Translations under genes and position numbers: made by a program | Assembly (NCBI GenBank): GCA_030324005.1 | Contig: JARDVH010000124.1 | Span: forward strand, 40,376,410 to 40,440,409 | DNA from: Negaprion brevirostris | Taxonomy: Eukaryota | Reading direction: 5' to 3' | DNA: 64,000 nucleotides | Part shown: piece by piece, positions 49,050-62,945 of the stretch | Layout of the letters: the number at the start of each line of letters is the position of its first letter | How positions within the stretch are numbered: position 1 is the stretch's first letter | The notes under the pieces: generated by a model | The model's database searches: none | What the model saw: the letters and a program-made list of their open reading frames with translations, nothing else | What the model was told of the DNA's origin: nothing

Positions 49050-51559
49050 GTAAGGCTTTGAGATTATTTTTCCTTGATGAGTGATGCTGAGACCATTGGT
49101 AAAATATCAGTCATTGATGCTGCCGGTTAGCTGGTTTACTTTTTTTAAGAAGCTGTGTCCATGTCAACTTTAGTGGATTATAATGCTGTGAACCGTGACA
49201 AAATTGCTGCACACACTGGTGGTGTGCTGAACAGAAGATTTTGCTTCAAATAAACCCTTGTATTTAATTTCCCTTTTCTTCTCCTGTGAGTGACTGGTTT
49301 CAATGCTGCCTAACATAATTTTTAAGATGGGATTACTTTCCCAAGTCCTGAGAGTTAAACAAACATATATTCTTGGTTAGGTAGCATGTAAATAAACCAG
49401 TTTTTTCCTAACGACATGGAAGTAAATTATTATTTAAAACTGAGATTGACAGAACAATTTTTTGATAAGACTATCACATGGTGTTGTAATAAGGTCATGC
49501 ATGACCTAATTAAATGACAGGAGAGACTCTAGGAGCTAAATAGCGTGTGCAATGAGTGTGGGCCATTCAACCTCTGGAGCATGTTCTGTCATTTAATTAG
49601 GCCATAATACATAAACTTAAAATATTTAGACCTTCCAAAGTGTTACAAATAGGGAGTCAAAACCAAGCACAGGAATGGGCTAAACTAGCTTTAAGGGTAG
49701 GGGGAGAGATAGTTAAGATTGGAAAAGGAATGGTGAAAGGAACCCAGCAAGGTTGGCTGCAATCAGCCTGGCAGTGCTAATAGGGGTGGGTACAGAAAGA
49801 GGTGAGCTGCTCTTCACTAAAACAAGGTACAATGGGATATTTCATCCGGGACATTCAAACTCCGGTCTGTAAGATAAGTTCATGTCTAACATGCTCAATG
49901 CTGGAAGGAGTAGGTAGATTGAGAGTTAGTGATCCCATTCTTTAATNNNNNNNNNNNNNNNNNNNNNNNNNNNNNNNNNNNNNNNNNNNNNNNNNNNNNN
50001 NNNNNNNNNNNNNNNNNNNNNNNNNNNNNNNNNNNNNNNNNNNNNNNNNNNNNNNNNNNNNNNNNNNNNNNNNNNNNNNNNNNNNNCAGGTTGATATCAA
50101 AATATTTCAATAACAAGGTATAAGAGTGGGAGAAATTCCTGGTCAGTCTTCTGATGAAAAGCAAGTTGGAGCCTCTATCATCACTGTCTGTATCTCCAGA
50201 TTACAACATACCCCACAGCAATTGGGTGAATTGTAACACACGAGGCTAATGCCATTTTGTGGTTCTGTGGTTGAATATTTGATGATTAGATTTTTTGAAC
50301 TTTGAATTTCCATTTGATGAAGGATTTTTGGTTAAAAGTCAGAATCTCTGCTTAGTGCAAGGTTTAGAATCAAGGGAATGGAATGATTACAATAAAGGGA
50401 TTTCTGCTCCCATGTTAAGTCTTTGGAATGTAGTTGGGGTGAGGATTAACTTTGTTTTCATATTCCTGCCCTGATAGTCTAGGTAGTGTTTGGGGAAGGG
50501 GAGAAGTAAATGTTAACTCAAAATTCAAAATTTTTCCTCTAAAATCATGAGTGGGGTGGTGAGGGTGCAGTGGGAAGAGTTGGTCAAAGTTTGGAATATT
50601 AGATCTCCTTTACTTCAATAAAGCGCACAGCTTACTCAGTGTCCAACTTGCGTTGCCCAGTACATCAGTCCAGGTATTGAAACAGTTTTCTTCAAAATAG
50701 CTGGCCTCGTGTTCAACTTCTCACAGTCAGTGGGCACATGATGAGTTTCAGCATGTTTTTCAAGTTCCCTTTATTGCCAGCCCCCAAAAAAAGCCATGCC
50801 CAAGCACATGTCAAATGGCATGCCTGGTTTTCCGGCACTTCAGTATTTCCCTTCAAATGTTCAGCTCGTAGAATGTGATATCTGGAATTTTCTTTGGAGT
50901 GAGCGACCTTTCGGGATCTCAAGCCTGTGGAAAATATCCATTGTGCACCTTTACCAACATGTCTGACAGGCATCAAGGAAGGGGTTACTGCAGCACCATC
51001 TGGTGGGCCAAGTTAGGAATCCTACCGAAGTTCCAGAGGCTTAAATCGGTTGGTTGGTTACATAGCATCAGGTGGGTCACCACTTAGACTCACTGTAATA
51101 TTTTGGTCGCAATATAATTAGATGTTTCAACTATGCATCATTTTAATATAAAATACTTCCAAAATCCCCACTAACTGCACGTGTACCTCCATTTGAGTCT
51201 CATTTATCATGTTTCCATCCTCCGTAGCACCAAAACTGTCGCGAACAGTCACAAACAATATTTGCTCTGTGACCAGGATACATTGTCTTCCTGACCCCTC
51301 TACAACTTTCAAAACAATGGAGCATATCGTTCTCCTCCGTCACTTCGCTTCTCTTGTCCATGTCAGTGGAACTTGCATCATGTAGTTCCTGTCATAGTCA
51401 AAGTATTTCCAACATTGGCTCCTCTTTCTGGCCTTCTCACCATTAACTTGGGAGTTTTTTAAAATCAAATTTTGTCTCCCTCTTCTTTCTCAGCTATATG
51501 CTGCTCCTTGCAATATTATCCACAAACAGAGTTAACTACCAAATAAATGAATGGGTGGT

Positions 51560-51915
51560 TGCGAAGTGCACTTCACTTCCTAAAGTGATTCACACCCGAT
51601 GAAGTAATTTTGAAGTGTAATCACTGGTGTGTAAACAAGTGCAGCAGCCAACTTGTACACAGTAAGGTCCCATAAACAGCAATGAGATTGTTTTAATATA
51701 GCGGTGTGGTTGAAGGATTAATCAAAACAGCTCTTCCTTGTTGACTAATGTCTCAGGATTTTAATGCTTTGCCTTACCAGCTCTGTTGCATTTTCATCTG
51801 AAATACAACCCCCATCATGTTTTGCTGAAGCTGAGTTCTATCCTTAAATTTCTGGACCGAGGCTTGAATTTTCAACTGATTCAGAGTTGACAGTGGTACC
51901 CACTGAGCCAAAGCT
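51560..51915 (-). mobile_element. Decayed SacSINE1/DeuSINE-like SINE
   Basis: gaagtaattttgaagtgtaatcactg...gcagccaacttgtacacagtaaggtcccataaacagcaatgagat...gtacccactgagcca. Confidence 0.65.
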
Positions 51916-52089
51916 AAGATTTGTACTGGGTTAACGAGCAGCCCTACCTCCCCATTACCTCTCAAACATTCTATTCTCTGTGCTCTCAGTCTGCTTGTCT
52001 GATGTTCACCATCACAAACTGTCTGTTTTGTCAGTTGCTCCAGTTCCTTTCACAGCCCCTGTCATGGAGTCAACCATATGATTTGCACC

Positions 52090-53349
52090 CTCAACATCGT
52101 TTATTTGACCTCTGGCTGGGCTTCCTCTCCATTGTACAGCACAGAGGGAGGCCATTTTGCCCATTCTACCTGTGCTAACTCTTTGAGAGCTATCCAATTG
52201 CTCCCACAGCACTGCTCTCTTCCCCAGAGTCCTGTTTAAAAAAAAAATTGTTCCGCTTCAATTATTTATCCAATTCCCTTCCAATAGTTATCCAATCTAC
52301 TTCTACCATCATTTCAGGCAGTGTGCTCCAGACCGGAATCGCTGCCTTTAAGAAAAATACTACGAGTTACCTAATTTTGACCATCTTAAATCTGTTTCTT
52401 CTAAAACCTGTTTCCTCTAGTTACTGATCCTTCTGCACAGCAAGTTTCTCCTCATTTATTCCATCGAAGCCTTTTCATGTTTTGAAACACTTGAAATAAA
52501 ATTTCCTAATTTTTTGTGCTGTAAAGAGAGCAATTCCCAGTTTCTCCAGTCTCAACCTTGGTATCATTCTATGACGTCTCTTTTGCATCCTCTAAAGCCT
52601 TGTTATCTTTCATGAAGTATGGTACCCCAAATTGGATGCATTTTATAAAGGTTTAGCATGATGCTCTTGCTTTTTGTGTCCCATGCCTCAGTTATTAAAG
52701 ACAAAGACCTCAAATTATCTAGCCACTTTCAAAAGATTTTTGTACATATTCCCTAGTCTTTCTGCTCTTGCACCCCTTTAAAATTTTACCTCCTTTATAT
52801 TGCTTCTCCTTATTCTTATCAAAATACATCACTCCACATTCCTCTGCATAAATTTCATCTGTCAGTTTATGTCCTCCTGAAATCTGTTACCATCATCCCC
52901 AGTATTTACTACTTTTCCTAGTTCTGTCATCTCCGAACTGAAAGTTTTGTCAAGCATACTCAAGTCCAGATCAGAAATATATATCCGAGCATGACTGCCA
53001 CTGACTCCTAAGAAATGCATTATAAACTTTCCTTCAGTCTGAAAGCAATTATCCATCACTGCTTTCTGTTTTCACTTCCTTGCCAATTTTATGTCCACTG
53101 TCCTCATTCCATAGGTTTTCATTTTGCTTACAAGTCTATTTTGTCCTTTGTCTATAAATTGCAGAATTTGCTCCTCTCTTTTTCACCATATTGTGGCTGA
53201 CAGTATTCACCCAGCAGTGTAATACTACTCTTTCCTTTATTCATGATAACCAAATAGATTTTATCATTGACTACATCAACCTCTTGCAGTGCTATAATAG
53301 TTTTTTGATCAATATTGTCCATTACCCTCCTTGCCTCGCCTTTCTTTAC
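52090..53349 (-). mobile_element. Old CR1 fragment
   Basis: CR1-like tail near 52140-52170; ccccaaattggatgca, catcactccacatt...aaatttcatct, and gttctgtcatctccgaac (FADD-like). Confidence 0.6.
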
Positions 53350-55230
53350 NNNNNNNNNNATTTTGTGGCCTGGAAAGTTAGTTCCCGATCTTCACTTTTG
53401 AGCCAGTTCTCCAGACCCAAATGCACTTCAAACCCATCTTGGACTGCTTTGCATTGACCCCACCCACCCTCTGCTGGAAAAATATGATCCAATTATGAAC
53501 TATTCTTTAGTGTAATGCTATTTGTGTCTCCCACCCTCTGTGTGCCCTGATTCTCTCCTCAGATGGTGCCCTTCCTGATGTCAAGTTTATTTAAATTTTT
53601 TCTACAGCACTAGTTGACACTTGTAATGGTGCTTTATATGTGTTAGGTGTATTTGTGCAAATATTTTGTTTAGATGCATACAGTTATTATAAAAATATCA
53701 TTTTTGTATATGCCTAATTCTCCATGCAGCACTCTGAGATACTTTAGATTAAATTTGCTCATTTAATTGTTATTACATAGTTTTAGTATAGTGTTCTCAT
53801 AAGGAATCATGCAATTTACCATTAATCAAAGCTTAAATCCTCACTCAGCTTTTCTTCCCTGAGTGACGATATGTTGGGAATGCAGAAGAACACAAGCACT
53901 TGTGTAAATCAGCATCCACCTGTAGTAGGAATACCATGTGCCAATTTCCCTGTCATACAATCCTATGATCCATTTATTTTTTAATGTGATGGATGACATT
54001 TCTTTTCAAACAGGCTGTGCAGGAAACAGTGCCTTTTATAAGGAACATCTCCATAGGGTCATCTGGCTGTTTCATGTACTGTTCTCCAGTTTGAATTTGA
54101 TACTCTGCCATGCCTTCAAGGTTCTGAAAGATAAGGAAGTAGGTCCAGTGGTCAGATTTTACCTGCCCACCCTGACTGTGCCCTAGGGTTAGGCTCTTGA
54201 TACTTGCACTGCTTTACAGAAGAGTTGATGACAGGTAGAGACTGATACTAAGGAAAGCTTGAGCCAAATCAAAGCTGAAAGGCAAGAGGCTTGGGATTGG
54301 ATGAGAAGCTGTGGCTAAAAGGTAGATCATCAGGATTGCCCTTTTCAGAAAAGTAGGTGACCCAAGATTGAGGGGTCATGATCCCACTGCCAATCATTTG
54401 ATCACTAATGGAAGTTAGCTGTCTCACTAGCAGCTCCCTTTTTCCCTTACTTTAGGCCACGGATGTGAAAGATTGGCTGGAATCTGGGAACAAACCCAGT
54501 TTAAAAATCTTGAATGAAACCAAATGAATGTGAAATTGCAGAAATTCTAGAAAATCATCAACATATTTAAATTGCACAAATGTTTTAATTTTCATGAATG
54601 AAATTTTGCATGTATTAAAGGTTATTTTTCAGAGGACTTTAACTAATATGCAAAGTCTGTACTACTTAATGTTGTTTTTCACACACCGTTGCAAATAAAA
54701 ATGGTAGTGTAGTGCATGCACGGGGCTTCTCTATCTAATGGGAAAGTCAGAGCATTGATCCTGTCCAACAGGAACATTGATTTTGCAAGGTTCAACGACC
54801 ATTTCAATTCCTGTCAATCAGTTCCTCCCAACACAAGTGGTCATTTGGTTTATTAGCTCTGTAATCTTGTACCATGTTTGACATCTTTTACTGGCAAGCA
54901 TGAAGAGCATTTGTCAGTTGAGGGCAGCAGGTCAAGATTGAATAATGAAGGTGAGGGGATGTATTTTATAGAGACCAAGACTTTAGAGGGACCAAGACCA
55001 AAAGTGCAGGGCTGCAAAGGGTACAAGTGAAGATTGGACAAATCAAAAGGGTGCCATTGTGGAAAAACGGAGCACTGGGGTTTGAGTAGACTGCTGCAAT
55101 TATACAGCAAGCTTCACTAATGTTGTGCCTTATGTCACAAGACATCTATATACAAATCTAGAAAGTTTTGCAAAATCTAACAGTTAAAATTATAGTGCTT
55201 GACGATACATGATTAAAGAGTGTGCCTGGC

Positions 55231-55866
55231 TTTTGATTTATTTATTATTGTCACATGTATTAGCATACAGTGAAATGTATTGTTTCTTGTGTGCTACACA
55301 GACAAAGCATACCGTTCATGGAGAAGGAAACGAGAGAGTGCAGAATATAGTGTTACAGTCATAGCTAGGGTGTAGAGATAGAGCAACTTAATGCAAGGTA
55401 GGTCCATTCAAAAGTCTGATAGCAGCAGGGAAGAAGCTGTTCTTGAGTCAGTTGGTACGTGACATCAGACTTTTGTATCTTTTACAACGAAAGAGGATGG
55501 AAAAGAGAATGTCTGGCATGCCTGGGGTCCTTGATTATGCTGGCTGCTTCGCTGAGACAGCGGGAAGTGTAAGACAGTCAATAGATGGGAGGCTGGTTTG
55601 CATGATGGATTAGGTTATGTTCACAACCTTTCCTACTTTCTTGCAGTCTTGGGCAGAGCAGGAGCCATACCAACCTATGATGTAACCAGAAAGAATGCTT
55701 TCTACGGTGCATTTGTAAAAGTGGTGAGAGTCGTAGCTGACATGTCAAATTTTCTTAGTCTTCTGAAAAAGTAGAGGGATTGGTGAGCTTTCTTAGCTGT
55801 AGTGTCGGCATGGGGGGAAACCAGGACAGGTGGTTGGTGATCTGGACACCTAAAAAGATGAAGCTT
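55231..55866 (-). mobile_element. Rex1/Babar-like LINE 3' portion
   Basis: Colinear with and highly similar to 4428-5060. Confidence 0.85.
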
Positions 55867-58069
55867 TCTTTTGAAAGCATCAGAGAGAGGAGCGGTGTTA
55901 ATGTTTTAAGTCCATGACCTTAGAGCTGCTTTCTCCCTAGACGCTGCTTGATCTAAATGTTTCCAGCATTTTTGATTTTTTTCTTGTTTTAGTTCACATT
56001 TCCAAAATATTTTTGCTCTTGCGTCTGAGCGGAGAATATCTATTCCTCTCCACACATGCTGCTTATCCTTCTGAGCATTTTCTAACATTTTCTGTTTTTA
56101 CTTAATGTGTCATTTATCTACAATCCTCTTGTCTTCAGAATTATGATGCAGTCCTCTTTATTTTCAAAATTTTGCAGATTACCTTCATTTTCTAAGCCCA
56201 GATCATTTATTTGAGGTTTTCAGCATGGACCCTGCAAGATGCAGGTTCCTGACCCACGTGCTCATTGTCTTTAGTGTGGAAAGTTAAGTTGAATATGGTA
56301 GCTTAGTTGTGGTATTGAACAATGATCCAACTGTTGTCTGCTTCCCAGGAACGAATTGAAAATTTAGACAGTTTGATGGGAGGGGTCTGTTAGAAAACAT
56401 GTTTTAGCCTCTTCTCAAAACTGTCAGAAATGCCCTAAGTTTTTTGACATAGTCATATTATGCATTTACTCTGTGACTATCTCAAAATATCATAATTTAG
56501 AAGTGACCCAATATCTTGGCACAATTTTTAAGCTAAAATTTACATTTTTATTGTTGTGGCTATACTGTACAGCCCATGGGTATCTGATTAAGGGCTATAA
56601 TGTCATAATTGTCACATAAAATGATCTTACCAGGTTGTACTCTTAAGGGCTCAGAACTTGAGGAATATTTAATTACTTTGCTACAGTCATTTTTTGCTGA
56701 AAACATGCTGCGATTACAGTAATTAGTATGTTGCTAACGTGTTTGACTAATTCCATTGTAACATTTTGGAACATTGATCAAAATTGCTCAAAGTTTTCTC
56801 TTTATATCATCAACATCTGTCAATTTAAGTACAGCCNNNNNNNNNNNNNNNNNNNNNNNNNNNNNNNNNNNNNNNNNNNNNNNNNNNNNNNNNNNNNNNN
56901 NNNNNNNNNNNNNNNNNNNNNNNNNNNNNNNNNNNNACTTGATACAATTGTTGTTTAACATGCATGTTCAAATTAGGAATACAAATTTTAAAGAATAAAA
57001 AAGGTATTTTGACTTTTTTAAAAAGTTAAGATAACAAATTAGGTTTTGACACTTAAACATTCTGAATGCCAGTTTGAATTTAAATAAAAATTTGTGAAAG
57101 TGCAATGTTTGAAGCTCTGGTATAACAAATAATCCTAAGGCTTTGAGAAATTTTAGAACCACTATAAATATAAAAGGGTTTTAACGTGCTTACACGAGCA
57201 AATGATGCATAAATCCACATTAAACATGGCACCAAAATGTAATTAAAATTAGTATTCTTTCCCCTGTTCAAAAATGTTTCCTTTATAACAGTCCCATAAT
57301 ATTTGTAACAGTTTTTTTGGACTTTGCATTTCAAATGTTGATCTGATCCTTGCAACTCCTTTATAAATTTAGCCGAGTCAGTTACTTATGATCTATAGAA
57401 AGATTTTTGCAATACCAACTGAATGCTACTCTTCTGTGTTGCCTAACTGCAGTTATCCAGTTAACCGTCCATGAGATTGAGATTAACTGAATGTTTAAAT
57501 GCTGCTCCCAGGCCAATAAGATGTTATTCACTCACTCAGATCTCGCCTCCTTGCACAAAAACCAAAGCAATGACTGGGATATAGGCATTGTTTGCTCTTC
57601 CAAGAGCTCTCTTCCAAGGACTTGTTCTCTCCTTTTTAAATATCTGTCTTGCCTGTACTCAAAATCCTAATTGAAAAATTTAAAACTGCATTCCGTAATA
57701 GCATTGCTTTTCAAGATCACAACACAGGCAAAAGGAGTATTTGTGGATGAGATAAGCTATCCTCTTCATCCCAAATGTCTTCCATTTGCTTAAATTTTAC
57801 ACTTGCCCCTGAAAATCTTAACTAACCCACAGTTGACACCACAAGGCCTATTAAAAGTAGGCACTCAACTTTTCCTTCTCTGACTTTGACTTCAGAACAT
57901 TTCCTTCATAGGGAACACCCATTAAATGAAAATGAAGGGACCTCAGCGTACTGTAGAGGAGAAAATTGACCAGCATTCCAAAGTCTAGTTATTATCCAGT
58001 GGTGCCATTTGTGGCCCAGATGACTACACCCCATCTATTCAACTGCTGCAGAAAGCCTCATTCGTGCTT

Positions 58070-58745
58070 TTTTTTTAAAGTTTATTTATTAGTCAGAATA
58101 AGCCTCTTATATACACTTAATGAAGTTATTTTATAATTCCCCTACTCGCTACAGCCCGGCTCCTGTTTGGGTCAATGCACCTAACCAGCATGTCTTTATT
58201 ACTTGCAGACATGTCTGTCTGACACACTTCCCACTCTTCTTTATAACCTTGAAGCCGTCTAGTTGGGAGTCCTAATTTACACCGAGTTGGATTTGCCCAT
58301 CATATCTGTTTGTTGACGTACATTGACTCCACCTTAAGCAGTGACTCCATATTAAGCAATGCCTTGATTTTTCTCTCTGTTCACATCATTGTTTCCAAAT
58401 CTCTACATGATTTGCTTATCCTTTCCTATCTCTAATCTCCTGCAGCTCCACAGTCTTGTGAAATAGCTGCACTTTGATTCTAGGCTTTAGAGTAATCCCA
58501 ATTTTAATCAATCCTCCATTGGTGACCATGTCTTAGCACTTGGGTGGGTGCTGAGCTCCTGAATTTGCTCAATATCCTGCATGCCTCGCCACCTTTCTTT
58601 GCTCTAACTTTGACCAAGCTTTCAATCACCTGGCCTAATGTCTCTTTGTAGTTCGGATGTCAAGTTTTGTTTTATCATTTTCCTATGAGAAACCTAGAAA
58701 TGTTTTACAATGTTGAGGGTGCTATATAAATACAAGCTGCTGTTT
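58070..58745. mobile_element. Minus-strand SINE tail (alternative-tail type) next to a plus-strand L2 3' end
   Basis: aaagtttatttattagtca...aatgaagttatt...cacctaaccagca is the reverse complement of the 26905/42310 tail; L2 end gtgctatataaatacaagctgctgtt. Confidence 0.55.
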
Positions 58746-61700
58746 AGTGTTGGATGAGGATAGGATTTGGTTGGGATGGCCTCCATAGTAGAATAGCTAG
58801 TTGACACTTGCTGCCATGACCATCATTGGTTTCCCAATTTATTTTTAATGTACAAATGTTATTGAAATATATTGATTTTATATCAGTAAGTTATGCAAAT
58901 ATTCAATCTTGACAAATCTAGATGGTCTTTTGTTCGGACATTAAAATGAATTTGTCCTAACAACTTAGGATTTGAACTAGTTGCTGGTATAATCAAAGGG
59001 GTTCTGCCACACCATCCAACTTTGCTAATAAAGAAGTGGGAAATTATTCACAGTTCACAAATCCTTTAAATTCATATAAAAGTGAAAGGAACCATGCAGC
59101 TATCTACATATGTCATTTCCAGTTTTTTAATCCTATATACATAATGTTTGGCAATTTTGAGAAATATTCTCTTTAATCTCTTGCTCATTATCCCAGTCAA
59201 AACACCCTACTTACTCATGCCAGCAAAAAGGAATGGATTTCCCAGCTGGGAAGAGTGACATCAAATCCATTCAACTTCTCCCTATAGAGGGTTTATGCTA
59301 CTCCATGCAAAATCCACATCAAGTAAGGAGCCAAGTTAATTAATACCCTTGTGTGCAGATTATGTTGCCTTTTTCAAGACTGGATGAGACACTGGCAAGT
59401 TGATCTCAAAAGTAGAGAAAAATTTAATTGAAAATGTAGTGGGAGTTTTTTAACAATACATGAAATGGGAAGCTTCTTATAACTTTGCAAAGCTTTCTTC
59501 TTCAAGTTAATACACACTACAGTAATTGTATGGTACCCTGATGTAATTGTAGTAATGGTGTGTTACAGTGCTGCTATTGGCCTCAGACTGGTATCTCTAG
59601 CATACATACATGCATGCTGTACTGCTCCTGTAGCTGGTTAATTTGTTAATTTTTAATGCTATTGCATTCTTAGCTAGCATTAAAATCATTCAAAACCATA
59701 TTTATAAGTCGTCTTACAATGGTCTTGGGCTATAATACACCTGTTTTAAAAAATAAATCCAGCTGTTGGAAGCACTCAGAGGGGCTCTTGCACCTCCTGG
59801 TATAATTGCTCAGAGTTCACGTTACCAGTCTGATCCAAGTCGCACTTAGTTTTCTGAAACAGCTTTGCATCAGCACAAATACAGGTGCATAATGGCACCA
59901 TTTTTATATGTTGCCATGTTGAGAAGGTATCTTGTAAGCCTGTTGTTGCCCATAACAATATAGCAGCTAATGGAAAGTATGTACTAAGGTATTTATGTGC
60001 TTTTGATTCTTTGTGTTTTACGTGGCCTGTAGGGTTTTCTAGTCGAAGAAATTATAGTTCAGGATAACATGCTGAGATATGCAGTTCCCATTGCTAGTAT
60101 TCTTTTTTTGCCCTTAGGCCTGGGTTACGTGGGCGTGTCTGCGATTAAAACACCATTGGTGCCGTTAGGCTTAGTTCTGAATATAACGAGACCGGACTTC
60201 CCACAGTGCTATAGCCTGAGGGTCTAGTTTTCAGAAAGTATGCTGCCTGTGGGGAGAAATGAAGATTGAGCAGGATTAGTATGAACCCAAATAACTGTGG
60301 CTTCTTCCAAAAGAAAAGTAACAAATCCCTCTGTGCCAGCTGCCAGAATTTATAGGAGTTTTGTTCTCTGCATACTGTCAGCATGTGAGGTTAATTATTT
60401 TAAAAAATGAAGACAGCATTACCTACGTATTTAGTAATATTGATTTTAGCTTCAGAAACTAATGTGACCAGTTTGTAATTTTTGTCAAGTAAGTTTTAAT
60501 ACCAAGTTTTTAGATGTGCAGTTGAGAGTTGTGTGTTGCCAGTTTTCAGCGCACAAACTGTTATATTTTCCTTTGATGCATGGTTCCCCCATGAGCTGGC
60601 TTTCATTGTGTGACAGTTAGTGCTTTTGTTTTTACTTTCCTGTTTTAAAAAAAACCTGGGATCTGTTAGGAAGGTTCTGAAGAATTTACCAATTAGCAGC
60701 TGCCCTGCCAACCACAGCAGGTGGCTTTCATATCCCTCAGAGAGGCTGTTTGCACCTCTGATCAAAGTGAATGCAGGTTTAACAAAAACAGTCGCGGATT
60801 TTGTTGGATTTTTGGTATGTGACGCAAGCCCGTGAAGTATAGGTAATTTTTGTAGCTTGGCCATTGAGCTGGTAATAAATTGCTGCCATTTCAGGAAATG
60901 TTAGCTTTGTTGTGTGTATAACAGTGTTACGAGTTTACATTCATTTCCTTGATAGTTGGTCTCACCAGGGAATGTAAGGGGATGGGTACTAATAGGGGTG
61001 AGTAAATATGTCTGAGAGCCAGTCAACACCTGATAAAAGAACCAGTTTAATTCACCTTTAATTGAAAGGCCAAGTGTGAAAATAATGCTATTTGCAATTT
61101 TATTTTTGTAAATGGGAGTCTCCATCAGGTGATTTTTTTAAAAAACATTTTTGAAATTTTGAAAAACATGATATGAATAAAACAAATATACTAATATTTA
61201 AGGCATGAATATTAGCAAAACACATACTAGGTTTCTCATACCGTATAATTCCCCGTTCCGAAGAAGTCATATTGGACTTAGACATTTAACTCAGTTTCTC
61301 TCTCCACAGGTGCTGCTAGATCGCCTGAGTTTTTCCAGCATTTCCTGTATTATTTCAAGTTTCTCATGATTAAGCAGCATAGGCATCCAATTAAAATCTG
61401 TTTTTCAATTTTTTTCACCTTTTTGTCCTGCCTAAGATTTTGAGCCCCTCTTTGCTTTTGCATTGATGAAAAGCATTTACAAAACTTGGCTTAGGAAGGG
61501 TATAGAAATAAAAGCAGTGGATTAATAACAACAGTCGGCCCTCATTACCCTGTGTAAGAACTGTATGCACAGTGGCAATGGGAGCAATTGGCCAAGCTGT
61601 GTGTGACAGCCTGCTTGTTTGAAAATAGACTAATCCCCTGCTTGGGTTATCCAGAGGTCAGGTCGAGATTTCTTTTCTCAGTCTCCTTTAGTGCATTAGC

Positions 61701-61984
61701 TGCTATGCGTTTTATAACAACCGTCTTCTTTGGTAATTGTGCCTGCAGGCTGTGGATGGACAGCAGTTATCTGTTGAAATAGACTAAGCAGCAAGTGTTC
61801 TGACATGTCTATCAGGCAAATTGTACCTGACAAAAAGGTAATTACACTTACAATTGGGTCCAAGAGCAGCTGGATGATTAGGGGTTAATCAACTGTGCTT
61901 GGTAGACACGTCCTGTGTTTAAAGCTAATAGTTTAGCCTTGACTGTTAGAAATCCTTAGCCTTTACAATGGAGTAATCAAAAAA

Positions 61985-62377
61985 GGACAATATTTGCATT
62001 TATATAGCACTTTTCAAAACTACCGGATGTCTCAAAGTGCTTTACAGTCAATGGAGTACTTTTGAAGTGTAGTCATTGTTGTGATGTAGGAAGGGTGACA
62101 GCCAATTTGTGCACAGCAAACTCCCACAAATAGCAGCGTGATAATGACTAGATAATCTGTTTTTGTGATGNNNNNNNNNNGTGGGGGAGGGGAAACACCC
62201 TGCTTCTCTTTAAGCTATGATATCTTGCACATCCATCCACGCGGGTGCATGGGGGCCTTGATTTAATGTCATATTTGAAAGACAGTGCTGTACTCCCTCA
62301 GTACTGCTTTGATGCTCACCTTTGATTTTTGTGCTCAGCCCTGGAGTGTGACTTGAACCTGGAATCTTGCGACTCAG
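61985..62377 (-). mobile_element. SacSINE1/DeuSINE-like SINE, near full length
   Basis: Reverse complement has a tRNA-like head (caggttcaagtcacactccag), a Deu-domain-like centre and 3' gctgtgcacaaattggctg...actacacttcaaaagtac...gtgctatataaatgcaa. Confidence 0.75.
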
Positions 62378-62454
62378 CTACTGTAGAAATCCTTTTGATT
62401 GCAAATTTGAAGGTATTGCAAACCGTGTTTAGGACCTATGAGTTGAAGCATTCC

Positions 62455-62945
62455 GATTAGCAAGTTCATGGATGATAAGATTACTGGATTTGTGGATAGT
62501 GATGAATACAGCAGGATAAAGAGAGGCCGGAAAATTAGGTGGAGAAATGGCAGATGGACTTTAATCCAGACAAATGCAAGGTGATGCATTTTGGTAGATC
62601 TGATTCAAAGCTATGAAATAAATGGCAGAACCANNNNNNNNNNNNNNNNNNGATCTGGGAGTACAGGTCCACACATCCTTAAAAATGGCAGCACAGGTGG
62701 AAAAGGTGGTGAAGAAAGCGTATGGCATGCTTGCCTTTGGCCGGGATGAGTATAGAAATTGGCAAATTGTTACTTAGAGGATGGTGGAGGCCTGGAATGC
62801 ACTGCCAAGTGAGGTGCTTGAGGCAGACACATTAGCGAATTTAAGACTTATCTGGATAAACACATGAACAGGTGGGGACTGAGGACAATGTGATTGGATA
62901 GGCTTGGTGGATCGTAAGGCCTGTTCCTGGGCTGAAGTGTTCTTT
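62455..62945 (+). mobile_element. CR1 LINE 3' fragment with internal deletions
   Basis: WQMDFNPDKCKVMHFG; gtggtgaagaaagcgtatggcatgcttgcc; WNALPSEV. Confidence 0.85.
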
